Source: the human T2T-CHM13v2.0 reference genome, Homo sapiens. From it: 64,000 nt of DNA. The stretch's first letter is position 1. Each line of letters opens with the position of its first letter. Positions 47,261-59,419 of this stretch are shown in pieces. The stretch lies in NCBI RefSeq assembly GCF_009914755.1, contig NC_060931.1. One strand, written 5' to 3'. The notes under the pieces are model-generated. The model saw only the letters and a program-made list of their open reading frames with translations, made no database searches and had not been told where the DNA came from. The position numbers and the translations under genes are program-made.

Positions 47261-49552
47261 TGTGCTTGCAAAGTGTCAGCAGCCCCCCTCTGGAATTCAG
47301 CTTCTTGAGAGAAGGGACCACATAGGTTTTGTTCCTCACTGTTGACCCAGCACCCACCCTGGTTCTAGGTACACAGCAGTGCTTGGAATCTGATTGGAGG
47401 ACAGTCAGGTCAAATAGCCCAGCGTCATACAGTGAACAGCGAAATGCCACGTGTATAGGACTGATGAGGATGGAACAATACACTGTGTTACAGATGGGGC
47501 TGGAAGACTCAGAAAGTGCTTAGAAAGAAGAGCGTTTGACCTAAGCCTAGCAGGTGTGCCAGGTAGAAACGGAGGTTTCTCTTCCCTTAAGAAGCTTGGA
47601 GGCGCTGACTTTCGATGTTGGCTCAGAGGTTTCAGGATGCTGGGACCCATGTCTCTGGGGTTTGCTTGGACTTTCTCTTTTTCATCTCCTCATTGTCACA
47701 GGATGGCTGCCACAGTTCCAGGATCAACTTATATTAAAGAGAGGAAGGGGAGGGGGCACACCCGCAGACTTCTATTTCAGTCTCATTGTTGGAATGGTGC
47801 CACCAGGCCACCTTTAGCTGCCCTGGCAGGTGAGAGAGTAAGCAGTTATATCAAGACATCTCCAGTACAGGCAGGCAAAAGGGATGGGTGTTGAGGATGG
47901 GTCCAGGCGAGCGACCCTAAGGGGCAGCCAGGCAGGAAACGGGATGCAGAAAAGAGGTTTGCCTGAGCCAGAAGGTGGAGGCACAAAAACAGTGCGTGAG
48001 GATGTGGTGTGTGGTCTGGAACAGCGGGACACTGAGCCCATGGGTGATGGGTGATGGTCCTCCTGGGTCAGCCTCAGATGCCACACTGAGTCTTTGGACA
48101 TTGTCCTGGGGCTGGCTGTGGGGGAGGGGACAAGATACGGGTGTGTTTTAGAGACAGCTTTATCAGGTGGGTGGAGGAGTGGTTGTGGATGATGCCTGGA
48201 GTCTGGACCTGCTGGTGGCAGATGGCACGGTGATCCGGGCAGCAATGGTGCATGTCTTAAGGGAAGCAGTCGCTCCTTGCACCCTGGACTCTGGTTCTCC
48301 CTGGGATCCCAGGGAAGGATGAAGCAGTGGGGCCTGGGAAAGGCTTCGAGGTGGAGGCAAGGCTGAGTCATTCTCCGAGTCCAAGGAAGAAAGAAGTCAT
48401 CAGTCCAAGAAAGGAAGACCATGGGTAAGACTAAGGGAAGAGAATGGTGGCTGGGGCTTGAATTAGAAGATATTTTGTGCTTAGGTAAGATGTTTTGTGT
48501 GTCTAGGGCCCGAGGACCCATAGAGCACAGGCTGTGGGATGCACTGTTGGAGCAATGGGCACGCTGTGTGGGTGGACACAGGGACAGTGAATGGCCGAAG
48601 ATGTGGTAAGAGGTGGGGGGCAAGCCATCATGCTGCCTGGAGATCCAAAATGCCAGTGACAATGCGTGTTGAGGATGGGTCCAGGTGAGCGGCCCTGTAG
48701 GGAAAATGATCCCAGGAGGATTATCCACAGGAGCTCTGATCCACCGAGCACGTGATCAGTGCCAGACAGCAGGCTGGACACTTGTGGGCCGCTTCTTTCT
48801 CATAACACTGGGAGTAGGTGTGTTTACCTCTGTTCTACAGAGGGGGAAACTAAGGCTAAGGTAACAGTAATAACAATGAAATAAAAACAATGACAAAGCT
48901 GGGCTGGAGCCAGGTCTGTCTGTGGGCGGATTGCAGGTTCTTCACCTCCTGCCAGGGGACCAACCTCAAGCACTTTCTGCTCCAGATCTTGAAGAGCCGT
49001 GTTGGGATATGGCTCTCTGCAGGGAGGGTGACATCCCAGCCCTATTCCTGCCACCCACAGGTCACCGTCCATGCTTTGGTCTGGAGTGTCCTGACGTGTG
49101 TGTGCTGGACTCTGCTGGCACCTCTTTCTGTAGGGTCCATCCTGGGGCAGGGGGGCCTCACTCAGTGCCCTCGGGTCTGGAGACATGAATCACGAACCCT
49201 CCCACCAGCCCCAGGATTTGGTCAGTTATAAAAATATCCGGATTTGGCATGGGGCGGATTCAGGAACCGAAGTTTGCTCTTGCCCTGTTCTTGCAGTATT
49301 GGATTGTACAATTATAGCTCTTTAGAAGTTTCCTAATATGCCACAAGATGTCAAGCAGCAGCACCAAGATTAATACTTTTTTTAATGACCATTGCTGACT
49401 TTGACCTTGAAGTGTGTGGTGTGTTCTGAGAGCATATTTCCTCCCCTCTGCTTTGCAGCTCCTGGATTTTGAAAAATTAACTCCTTGCTCTCATCTGAAC
49501 AGTTCACCTAAGGTGTTCACTTGTTCTGTTTACCTTGAGCTAAAGTGTTTTA

Positions 49553-49685
49553 GAGAGAGAGGGAGAGGGAGGAGGGAGGTAGAGAAAAGGAGAGGGGAGG
49601 TGGAGAGGTAGGGGGAGAGGAAGGAAGGTGGGAAGGAAGGGGAGGGAGAGGTAGGGAGAAGGGGGAGGGGTGGGGGAAAGAGATA
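49553..49685. repeat. GGGA/GA purine-rich tract
   Basis: About 130 bp of almost only G and A with many GGG runs. Confidence 0.9.
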
Positions 49686-50294
49686 AAGCTTTTTGTTCAG
49701 ACTTCCTGCTTCGTCTCCAGGTCTTCAGTGGCCTGCTGGGTACCTGGTGAAGCCCCTTCTTTGAGCCCAGCCTCACATGCGTGCTCTGCCCAGCCCTCTG
49801 GAGCCTCTGACCCTGGCAGTGAGTGCAGGCATCCTTCCCACCACACCCTCATGAATCCCCCTCTCCTCCCTGCCCTCAGTTCTCCTCTCCTCATTTCCTT
49901 CCCCTCTTTTCTAACCTCCTCTGCTTCTGTCTCCCTCCCACGTTCAGGAATCTGGCATTGGCCTGGCCTTTGTTTCCAGCCTAGACTGCCTTGTTCAAGA
50001 TGAATCCAGGAGCCCCAGATTACTCCAGCCCCGAGGCAGGGTCCCTGGGTAGGAGGGCAGTGTGGCGAGTCAGCGGGGAGGACTGATGGTGAAGGGGCCT
50101 TTTTGTAACTGTGCTTGTCAGCCTGGCCACCCTCTCAGCTGCATCGCGGTTTACCTGGCCACGGCTGAGTGATTGGACCCCCAATCCCATGTGACAGCAG
50201 AGGCCGAATGCAGAGGGTGGGAGGATAAGGTGGTCTGGCGTTGGAACAGGAGGCCATGCTGGCTCCTTGGGCTGCCACAGAGGGACTTGGGGCT

Positions 50295-50470
50295 ACTCTT
50301 GGGTCTGACACGACTTGCTGTGTGATCTTGGGAATGTCACTCACCTTCCCTTGACCTCAGTTTCCTCAGTTGTCCAATGAGAAAAACACTCCTGCCCAGG
50401 CTGCTTTTCAGGGTGTGTGTGAGGCTCAGAGATGCCAAAAAGGATCACATTTTGAGTGGGAGAAAGCGCT
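50295..50470 (+). mobile_element. MIR
   Basis: ACTTGCTGTGTGATCTTGGGAATGTCACTCACCTTCCCTTGACCTCAGTTTCCTCA core. Confidence 0.8.
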
Positions 50471-50568
50471 GGGCTCTATGCTGTTAGCTTGGCCGATGGG
50501 GCCACCTGGTCAGCTGGCATTGCACACAGGGGGCCAGGCCAGGCTCTGGGGGCCTTATGCTTAGCCCC

Positions 50569-50975
50569 TGTCTCAGTCCACTCTGTGCTTGCTATAAAAT
50601 AATACCTCAGACTGGGTAATTTATAAAGAAAAAAGGTATATTTTGCTCACGGTTCTCCAGTCTGAGAAGTTCAAGGGCATGGCCCAGGCTTCTGGGGAGA
50701 CCTCTTGTGCTTCCTCATAACATGGTGGGGAAGGACAAAGGGGAACAAGATGCCTTCAGTGAGGGGAAACTCAAGGGGTGTCCTGGCTTTTTAACAAATG
50801 AATGTAAGTCGGCCAGAATGAATCGTCTCTAGAGAGGGGGACCTCAGGCACTATGGGAGAACTGCACTAAACCATTTGGGAGGAAGCTGCCTCCACAGCC
50901 AAACCCCTCCTACTGGCCCACCTCTCCACACCCCACGCTGGGGTGGGACGAGCAAGCCACATCCAAAGTATTGCA
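50569..50975 (-). mobile_element. MST-family solo LTR (MSTC-like)
   Basis: TG...CA ends with perfect 5-bp TSD GCCCC (50564-50568, 50976-50980). AGACTGGGTAATTTATAAAGAAAA motif. Confidence 0.9.
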
Positions 50976-52176
50976 GCCCCAAGCATCACTCATTAGCTGG
51001 GTGATATCGGGCAGCTGCTCCAGCTCTCTGGGCCTCAGTTTAACAATCATATTAATCCAAGATCTCTTTCCAGGTTATGGGGTGGAATGTGGAATGGACA
51101 AGAGCACATTCAGAAGGGGAGGGCATTAACAGAGCACAGCACCTCTTAAACTCGGTGCATGTGGGGCTGGAGCGCAGGTGTCGCAGCAGTGCTCCCTGTC
51201 CCGAGGCCTCGCGTCTGCTGTGTTCCTGTCTGGGCTTCTCGCAGAAGGCCATTCTGTGGGCCTTCAGGGTCAGATAGTGCATTGCCTCTTGGTGGGTGCA
51301 GAGACACTGAGCCTGTTCTGTTAGCACTTGGGGCTGACACCTGAAGTGGCTCACTCAAGTCATTCTGTCCAGGAGCTGCTCCAAGAATTAGCCGAGATCC
51401 CACTCATTTTTATGGAGTAAACCCAAAGTAAGGACGTTATCGGCTGTGGAGCTTAGGAGTTCTGGACCATCTGCCAAGAGACATTGATGATGCTCATGAT
51501 CCCAGGTCGCTGGGCTCACGCTCAAGGCTTGCTACTTATTTATTTCTCTTCCATCTTTTCTTTATGGAGAAAAGCTCTTTAGGAGTTTCCTAATGTGCCA
51601 CAAGGAACAGTAGGGAATGTTCCTAATGTTCCAGTCGGACTCTGCGATTCCTGAATCTTCCCACTGCTGAGCTTTTGCCCGCCCGTCTGCCCCAGCCTGA
51701 GTCCTTGCTCCTCCTCCTCTGCCTGCCTGGGTCCAGCTGATTATTTAGGTGATGCTTCCTCTGGGACTTCACTCCATGATGAGGACCAAATTTTACGGGA
51801 ATGAATGTAAGGTGCTGAGCACGGGTCCTGACTTCGGCTTCCTGAGCACATGCTGGGGAAGCAGGAAGACTTGGACCCAGACCGGCAGAGGCCACGTTTC
51901 TGTTTTGTGCTGACCACACTCGATTTGTTGTGATTCTGTTCTGGGTCTAGCAGAGAAACATGGCAAGAATGGTTAAAGGTCTGGACTCAAAACCAGAGCA
52001 GGGGAGGTAGGGAGGATGCAGAAGTGCTCTGTGTGGTGGGAGGTGTGAGAGCCATGAAGGAACGTGGTGGCTGTTCCCAAATCCCATTTCTTGGTGTCCA
52101 TTGAGACAGCCATTAGGATCGATGGGTGGAAGTTACAGGGAAATTGATTCTCTTTCTTCCTTAAATATCAATGCTA

Positions 52177-52890
52177 TTATGGGGGGGCGAACCAAATGTT
52201 GCACCCCCCACCCATAATTCTGTGTTAAAATCCCAACACCTGATGGGATGGTGTTAGGAGGTGCGACCTCTGGGAGGTGATTGGGTCATGAGGGAGAAGC
52301 CTCATGAATAGGATTAGTTCCTATATTAGTCTGTTCTTAGGCTCCTAATAAATACATACCCAAGACTGGGTAATTTCTAAAGGAAAGAGGTTTAATGGAC
52401 TCACAGTTCCACATGGCTGGGGAGGCCTCACAATCATGGTGGAAGGCAAAGGAGAAGCAAAGGCACTTTTTCCATGGTGGCAGGCAAGAGAGTGTGTGCA
52501 GGAGAACTGCCTTTGTAAAACCATCAGATCTTGTGAGACTTATTCACTACCAGGAGAAGAGCACAGGAAAGACCGCCCCCATGATTCAATTACCCCCCCA
52601 CCGGGTCCCTCCCACGACATCTGGGAATTATGGGAGCTACAATTCAAGATGAGACTTGGGTGAGGACACAGCCAAACCTTGTCAGTGCCCTAATGAAAGA
52701 GACTTCAGAGAGGCTTTGCCTCTCTTCCAGGGCATAGGGTTATAGGGAGAAGGATGTGGCCCTCACCACACTGAACTGCCAACACCTTGATCTTGGACTT
52801 CTCAGGCTGCAGAACTGTGAAAAATGAGTTCCTGTTGTCTACGAGCCACTCAGTCTAGGCATTTTGTGATAGCCTGGACTGACTAAAGCA
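52177..52890 (+). mobile_element. MLT1A-like solo LTR interrupted by THE1
   Basis: GATGGTGTTAGGAGGTG..CTCTGGGAGGTGATTGGGTCATGAGGG...GGATTAGT | GTGCCCTAATGAAAGAG...CACCTTGATCTTGGACTT...GACTAAAGCA. Confidence 0.85.
52322..52684 (-). mobile_element. THE1B/C-like solo LTR nested in MLT1A
   Basis: TATATTAGTCTGTTCT...AAGACTGGGTAATTT...GGACACAGCCAAACCTTGTCA. TSD GTTCC (52317-52321) and GTGCC (52685-52689). Confidence 0.93.
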
Positions 52891-53400
52891 ATCCTAAAAG
52901 ACATGGAAGTAGAAGGGGTGTGTTATGAAGTAGTTAATTCTCCACCATGGAGCTTTCCAGTACAGGGGGACGTGTGTGGTGGAAGGGAGTTGTGCTTCAA
53001 GGGAGAGGGGCAGTGGCTAATTTCTCACATGTCTGCCACCTGACATGCCGCAGCCCCTTAAATCAGGGGTAGTTTGGGTGTGGCCTGGCAGGAGGGCTGG
53101 GGCGATGACCTGTGAAGCTTCCAGCCCAGCTCTGAGCAGGGCCTGGATCACCACAGGGAGGCCGGGGCTGAGCTCTGAGATGGGCAGTGAAGCATGGGAG
53201 GGAGGCAGAGGAAACTGGGATTGGAGTGGAGGAGCCAAGAACAAGCGTGGAGGCAGGAGTGGCAGGTGTGGACCATGCTGGGAATACTCAGGCTAAGCCA
53301 CGGGAGTGCAGGCTTTGGGAGGTGGGTGGTTTTGCCTCAGGGTGTCTCCATGTGCTCCATACACTCTCCCAGCAGAAGCTCTGAGTGTGCTTAACCTGCC

Positions 53401-53606
53401 ACCAGCACCATGCCCTCTTGCTACAGCACCACCTCCTCCTACACCAGCACCACACCCTCCTGCTCCAGCACCACGCCCTCCTGCACCAGCATCACGTCCT
53501 CCTGCTCCAGCACCATGCCCTCCTGCACCAGCACCATGTCCTCCTGCACAAGCACCATGTCTTCCTGCACCAGCACCCCCTTCCTGCTCCAGCACCACGT
53601 CCTCCT
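53401..53606. repeat. 21-bp minisatellite, about 10 copies
   Basis: CCAGCACCAYGYCCTCCTGCW units with anchor at 21-bp steps from 53403 to 53571, then one 19-bp step. Confidence 0.95.
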
Positions 53607-53668
53607 TCTACCTTTAATCCCCATTGTGAGTCCTTACTTTCCCCCACTGTCCTGTTTAGAACAAAGCA

Positions 53669-54283
53669 CTGTCGATCCCTATCATTCATGGATTCCACAG
53701 TTGTGAATTCACCTACTTTTGAAAATCCATCTCTAACCCCCAAATCAACCCTGGCAGCACTCTCACAGTCATCTGCAGACTTGCAGAGGGGTGAGAGATT
53801 TGAGCTCCCAGCTCAGGTGGAACAAAGCTCTGCCTGCCTTCTCGCACCCACGCTGTAAACAAATGTGTTGTTTTAAGGTCTATTTAGTGCTACTTTTTCC
53901 ACATTTTAATGCTTTTTGTTGGTGCTTTTGCTGTTTAGAGTGGCCCACAAGCTCAGTGCTGATGTGCTGTGTTCCCAATGCAGGAAGGCAATGATGCGCC
54001 TTAAGAGAAAATATGTGTCTCAGAGAAGCTTCAAGCAGGCTGTGTTCTGGTGCTACTGGCTATGAGTGTTACCAATAGTATATATAATATAATTAATAGT
54101 ATATATTAAACAAGGCATCTCTAAACAAAAACACAGATGAAACAAGGTCATGTACTGATTGCTGATGAGAATGTGACCAGAGGCCTGTAGGAACCTAGCC
54201 TTGTATTTCTCCTAGGCACTGAGGTTCAGCTGCTGATTTTCTGTTTATGGCATAACTACTGTGTATGATGAGCATGTGGACTG
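53669..54283 (+). mobile_element. MER82 (TcMar-Tigger) copy 2
   Basis: GTCGATCCCTATCATTCATGGATTCC...GAATTCACCTACT...GTGACCAGAGGCCTGTAGGAACCTAGCC...CATAACTACTGTG...GGACTG. Confidence 0.85.
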
Positions 54284-54559
54284 GGCTCGGTTTGGATCGG
54301 GCTTGGTTTGGACCAGCTTTCTTTATGACTTTCCACATTCTGCGCTGATAATTACATGAGTGCTTATTCAAATCTTTCCAGTGGCTGGACAATTCTCAAG
54401 GACATGGTCTATGGATGACAGTGGATGGAGGCTGGAGACAGAACCCTCAGTCTTGAGATCTTCATGACAGTCCATGAGTGGAGAGGGGAGGCTAGAAAGG
54501 AAGGCTCAGCTGTGAGTTACTATTTGGGGAACTGACAGGACACAGACTAGCAGTACAGG

Positions 54560-54800
54560 ATTGGGCTCACTGGCTGTGAGCCCTGTAGCCAAGTTACCTG
54601 GGTTCAAGCACCGAGGTGGCACTTCCTGTTCCCCTTGGGTAGGCTCCTAAATTTATTTGTGCTTCACTCTTCTTAGTTGTAGATGGGCACACCTTGCTTA
54701 CACGGTCATTGTGAGGAATTAAATGAGCTCATGAGTACAAAATACTGAACATTATGCCTGGCACAGGGACAGGGCTCAACAAGCCCCAGCTCTTAGCATC
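54560..54800 (+). mobile_element. MIR
   Basis: CCTGGGTTCAAG...TTGTGAGGAATTAAATGAG...TGCCTGGCACAG...GCTCAAC. Confidence 0.65.
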
Positions 54801-55698
54801 TGATGGGGAGGGATGGGGAGGAGCAGGAGATGCCAGGTCCCAGCCTGAGACAGAGGAGAGTCACTGAGGTGCCCTCGCGGGGAGAAGAAGCAGGGCCAGC
54901 GACATCGGCAGTCTCTCTTACCCCAAACATTTCCTTTCCCAGCTCATCAGCTGGAACTTCTCAGCATTCTTTTCGGCTGAAATTTTATTTCTGGACGTTC
55001 CTTGCCAGCACATCACCAGCTGTTATTTGCTAGAAGGAATCCACTTATGTAACTGTCGTCTTTGAAAGGGGATTGGAAGAGGGCAAAGGAGTCTGGGAGA
55101 GAGGGTAGAGAAAGTGGCCTATTTCCATGGTGCCCATGTTCACAGGGCTCTGGGGCACCTGAGCAGGGCTTTTATATTTGCGGGGGACTTAGCTCCATGT
55201 GAATTGCAAGAGAAGGACGTCTTACAAAAAGGGCACCAAAGTCTTTCAGAAGTTTGTTTTCCAGAGCTGAGTAGATTCCCCATGTGATGCTTGAAAGGGT
55301 GGGAGCCCCAACACTTGCAGGGCACCCTGCAGCCCACATGTGGGGTCCGCACTGTCTGACTGGGGCAGGCGCCTGTGAGGGCAGGGCTGGTCCACAATGG
55401 GGATGCCGTGGTTTGAGGGGTGCTTCTGCCTTGGTCACGCATGGGCAGGGCCTGGAGCGGGGGCTCCATGGGCATGCGGATTCCCATCCAGTCCAGAATG
55501 ACGTGAGTGAGAGGGGCTTCCCCAGAGCCAGCACAGAGGCAGGTTCGATCCCTCCACCTTTGCATCTGCCTCCTGTCCTGAGCTGGGGGAACGTTGACAA
55601 TAATGACTCACGTTCAACAGACCGCTTCCCTTCTGGGCCCTTCAGGTGGAGGCCAGAGAGAAACCACATTGCCAAGGGAGCTTCGCGTGCAGGGGCGT

Positions 55699-56021
55699 GA
55701 GCTGGTCACTTACACACTGATCCCCTCTCCCCAGCACACTGCTGGGTCACAAGGAGCTGGTCACTCACGGATTGCCCCCTCTCCCCGGCATACTGCTGGG
55801 TCACACGGAGCTGGTCACTCACGGATTGACCCCTCTCCCCGGCATACTGCTGGGCCACATGGAGTTGGTTACTCACACATGGACCCCTCTCCCCAGCACA
55901 CTGCTGGATTACACGGAGCTGGTCACTCACGGATTGACCCCTCTCCCCGGCACACTGCTGGGCCACATGGAGCTGGTTACTCACACATGGACCCCTCTCC
56001 CCGGCACACTGCTGGGCCACA
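55699..56021. repeat. 54-bp minisatellite, 6 copies
   Basis: GAGCTGGTYACTCAC...CCCCTCTCCCCRGCAYACTGCTGGG.. units at 55699, 55754, 55808, 55862, 55916 and 55970. Confidence 0.97.
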
Positions 56022-56838
56022 CGTCCCAGATCCTTTATGGTTAGACATGGCTGCATCATGGAAAATGGGCAGAGTGAACATGTTTTGCTTTGGGGACTAA
56101 GTCCTTAAGAAGCACTGGGCCTCTGCACACTCTTCCTCCTTTCTTGCACTGGAAGCACGAGTGAGTCCACCACATAGGGCAGACGATGGGATTCACCCAG
56201 GTCCCAAAGTCGCCACCTCCTGCAGCAGGAACTGCCCTCCTTGCACTCCTGCTTGAACAAGAAGTGAGCTTCTGGTGCGTTTGGCCCCAAATGTATTGAG
56301 CGGTCTGTTGTGACCACATGCAGCTGACTGTAATCTGTAAACCCACTGTGCTAATTGAAGTAGATTATTTTTGCTGGCTCTTCCAAGTAACCAAAACATC
56401 TAGTTTCCCCAAACAGAGATTCATCCAAAATTTTGGTCAGTTGTGCCTCATAGTGTATATTAATAACTAGTAGTTTAAATGGGGAACCACATCTGCTTCT
56501 GGAATCTTACCAAGTGGGATCTTGGAGCAGGTTATGCTGGAGGAAGCATGCGTCACTTTCTGTTCGTGAAAGTGAAGTGTGAGGAGGCCGCCATCATCAG
56601 CCAGGGCCCCTGGGGCTTCTGAACTTACATTCTGCCTCAACAGGCTGGAGTTTCTAAACAGTACGAAAGACCCCAACGAGTTGTCACCCATTGCAGGTCA
56701 GCTATTAATGAATTGCTGATGACTAGCACTTGCTCTTTTATAATGAGCATCACTAGCATATTCACTGATGCTGTAGATCTCATTGTTCAAAAGGAAGGTC
56801 TGTGAAGGGGTCTGCCTCTGGCTCCTAAGGCGAAGCTC

Positions 56839-56841
<3 letters not shown>

Positions 56842-56873
<32 letters not shown>
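56842..56873. repeat. (TG)n microsatellite, about 16 units
   Basis: Perfect TG run. Confidence 0.97.
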
Positions 56874-56879
<6 letters not shown>

Positions 56880-57241
56880 GTGCAATTTATGCAGCAGATG
56901 TTGGAGCCCCGACTGTGTCACACACCAGGAAACAGCAATGAAGAAGAGATGCACCTGCCCCATGGTGCAGAGGATTCTGCGTGTCCCAGCCTCCAGCACC
57001 GAACCACTGAAATTGTTCGCGTGAGGCATCTTACCTGGTAAAGGGTTTTGTGTTCCCAGCACTCCCCTGGTCCTGCTCTTGGCTGTTCCTGGTAGCAGCT
57101 GGTTTCTGGGATAATGGCTCTGCCAAGCAGACATCATTCCCTCTATGGAAGTGCGAGGAGCATGATTTGAAACTCGATGAGGGAAAGTGATCTGTGGGTG
57201 CCTCATTTCTGGTAAGAGGCTTGTGATGGCTTATAAATCCA

Positions 57242-57613
57242 TGATGGGCTGAACTGTGTCTCTTCCAAATTCATAAGTTGAAGTCCTACACCCCCAGTGC
57301 CTTAGAATGTGACTGTATTTAGAGATGGCGTCTTTAACGAGGTCATTAAGTCATACCGAAGTCAGTAGGTTTGGTTCTAATTCAACCTGCCTGGTATCCT
57401 CATAAGAAGAAGAGATGAGGACACAGACACACAGAGGGACGACCATGTGAAGACCCTCGGAGAGAGGGCTCAGGAAAAGGGAGCCCTGCTGGTACCTCGG
57501 TCTTAGAGGTCCAGCTTCCAGATTTGGGAGACATAAGCTTCTGTTGTTTAAGCCTCACTGCCCGTCCCTCCCATCCTCAGGGCTTGTCATGGTGGCCTGA
57601 GCTGACTGATACA
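57242..57613 (+). mobile_element. MLT1B-like solo LTR
   Basis: TGATGGGCTGAACTGTGTC..CCAAATTCATAAGTTGAAGTCCTA...AGAATGTGACTGTATTT...CTGTTGTTTAAGCC...CTGATACA. Confidence 0.88.
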
Positions 57614-57629
57614 GGGTCCCATTGGCTTG

Positions 57630-58012
57630 TTGCTCTGACACCACTTTTCACTACCCTCTCCCCACCGTCCCACCCTTCTCCAGCCATGCAGATGTTCTTT
57701 CTCTCCCTTGAACATGTAGGTAGGGTTGGCTGGCTGGCTCATCTGCTTGGAATGTTCTTCCCCAGACACCTTCACGTGGCTGTTCCTTCACTTACCTGCA
57801 GTCTTTTCTCAGAGCCGCCACTCCATCCCGTCTGCTCTCCCTGCTCTTCCTCCATGGCTGCCACCACCATCTGCTTATTTATTCAATTGATTTCTCCCAC
57901 AAGAATGGGGCTGACCTTGGGGAGGGACTGTGCTCATTGAGGAGTGCCTGGTGCCCAGCCCACTGCCTGGCTGGCCTAAGAGGCTTAGCAAATGTTCATC
58001 CAATGAAAGATG
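57630..58012 (+). mobile_element. L2 3' fragment
   Basis: CTGCTTGGAATGTTCTTCCCCAGA...GTGCCTGG...GCTTAGCAAATGTTCATCCAATGAA. Confidence 0.6.
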
Positions 58013-58849
58013 GAAAGAAGACGCTGTCCAATGGGAGGTGTGTGATCCTGGCCATGTCCTCCCACCATTACCTACAGATCTGGTGGGGATAGTGATGCTC
58101 ACTTAGCCTAGTGGTTGTGAAGATTAAGTGGGATGGCACGCCAAGATCACCAGTCTTCTTATAAGCATGCCACCTTCACCTGGAAGATGGAGGTTGGGGA
58201 CCTTGAATGCAAGGCTGTGGCATTTCTGGCAGAGATCGGTGGCCTTCTGGACATTAATATCTGCAAAGCTTGCCCGGGAGCTCCACAGGAAGTTCTGACC
58301 CATGGTCACCTACTCCATTTTCTTAGGGCTCATGGAAAGCCTTCAGCAGTATCCTCTGTTGATAGCTCATCCCACTCTCTGCTGACCGCCAAGGTGCCTT
58401 TCATCTCTTCTCAATCCAATGCAGATTTGAACATTGCGCCCCTCCATTTAAACCTTCAGTAGATCCCTCATTTTCTTAAGAGCTAACTCCACACTTCCTC
58501 CTGCCCTCTCTGGCCCACAGTAGCCGATGTCCTCCAAGCTCCAGAACCCTGGTGTCCACTGCTCCTCTGTGGGACCTCCGGTTCCAACGGGCCCCTCTCC
58601 TCAGCACTCTGGGGGACCCTCAACGCCATCCTCTGTTGATGCCACTGCTCTCACCTCCACCTTCCTAGTGTCCTTTCCCCTCTCTCACCGTCCCCTCCAT
58701 CTGCCTGGTTCCTTGCAGCCTTTGAGGCTCAGCTCAGGGGAGACACTTCTGTCTCCATGGTCTTCTGTGCCTTTGCTTCTGTCTTTACCAGTGATACCAC
58801 TTGCCACCTCACTATTGCTTTGCAATATCTCCAAGTGTTGAGTAGTTTG

Positions 58850-58930
58850 AGGCCCAGGCCACATAGCCTGCAAAGCTGGAAGTATTTATTCTCTGATTGT
58901 TTACAGAAAGCATTTGCTCACCCTGATCTG
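58850..58930. mobile_element. MER58-like hAT fragment
   Basis: GCCTGCAAAGCTGGAAGTATTTATTCTCTG..TTTACAGAAAGCATTTGCTCACCCCTG resembles the MER58A terminus. Confidence 0.55.
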
Positions 58931-59419
58931 GAAGGTGACCAAGTGACGAGCCTTCAGTGATCCGTCGTGAACACTTATCTCGACTGTGTGTTTGGTGAGG
59001 GCTTGGTGGAAGGTGCTTGTGGCTGCAGCCTTTGGCGAAGACACAGATTCCTCACTTATTCGAGGGCAGATCTCTGTGTACTAGAGAGGTAGAAGCAGGA
59101 GGTGCAGAGGGGCCACTCTCCATGGCCCCAGGCAGACAGCCTCTTCTCCTTTTCTCTTCCTCTCTGTTCATATCCCCAGTTTTCCTAATTTGGGCCACAT
59201 CACTTTCTCCTGGCCCCTGCCAGCACATGGGTAGTGGCAGGTAGGCAGGCAGATCTCAACTTTTGCTCTAAAAAGCATCCCTCATACACAACAATGGCAC
59301 CAGTGGGGAGAGGTGCTCCAGGAGGCAACTGATTTTGCAACCAGAGGTTATTTCTTTTTTCTATTTCCAGTTATCAGAGAAAATATGGATTTGCTGTATA
59401 GCTTTGATGTGTCAGAGCC

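Noticed and set aside
41559-54283. Two similar ~620-bp segments as a segmental duplication or composite element
   Set aside because: Both match MER82, are highly diverged from each other, and the flanks are unrelated, so they are independent insertions.
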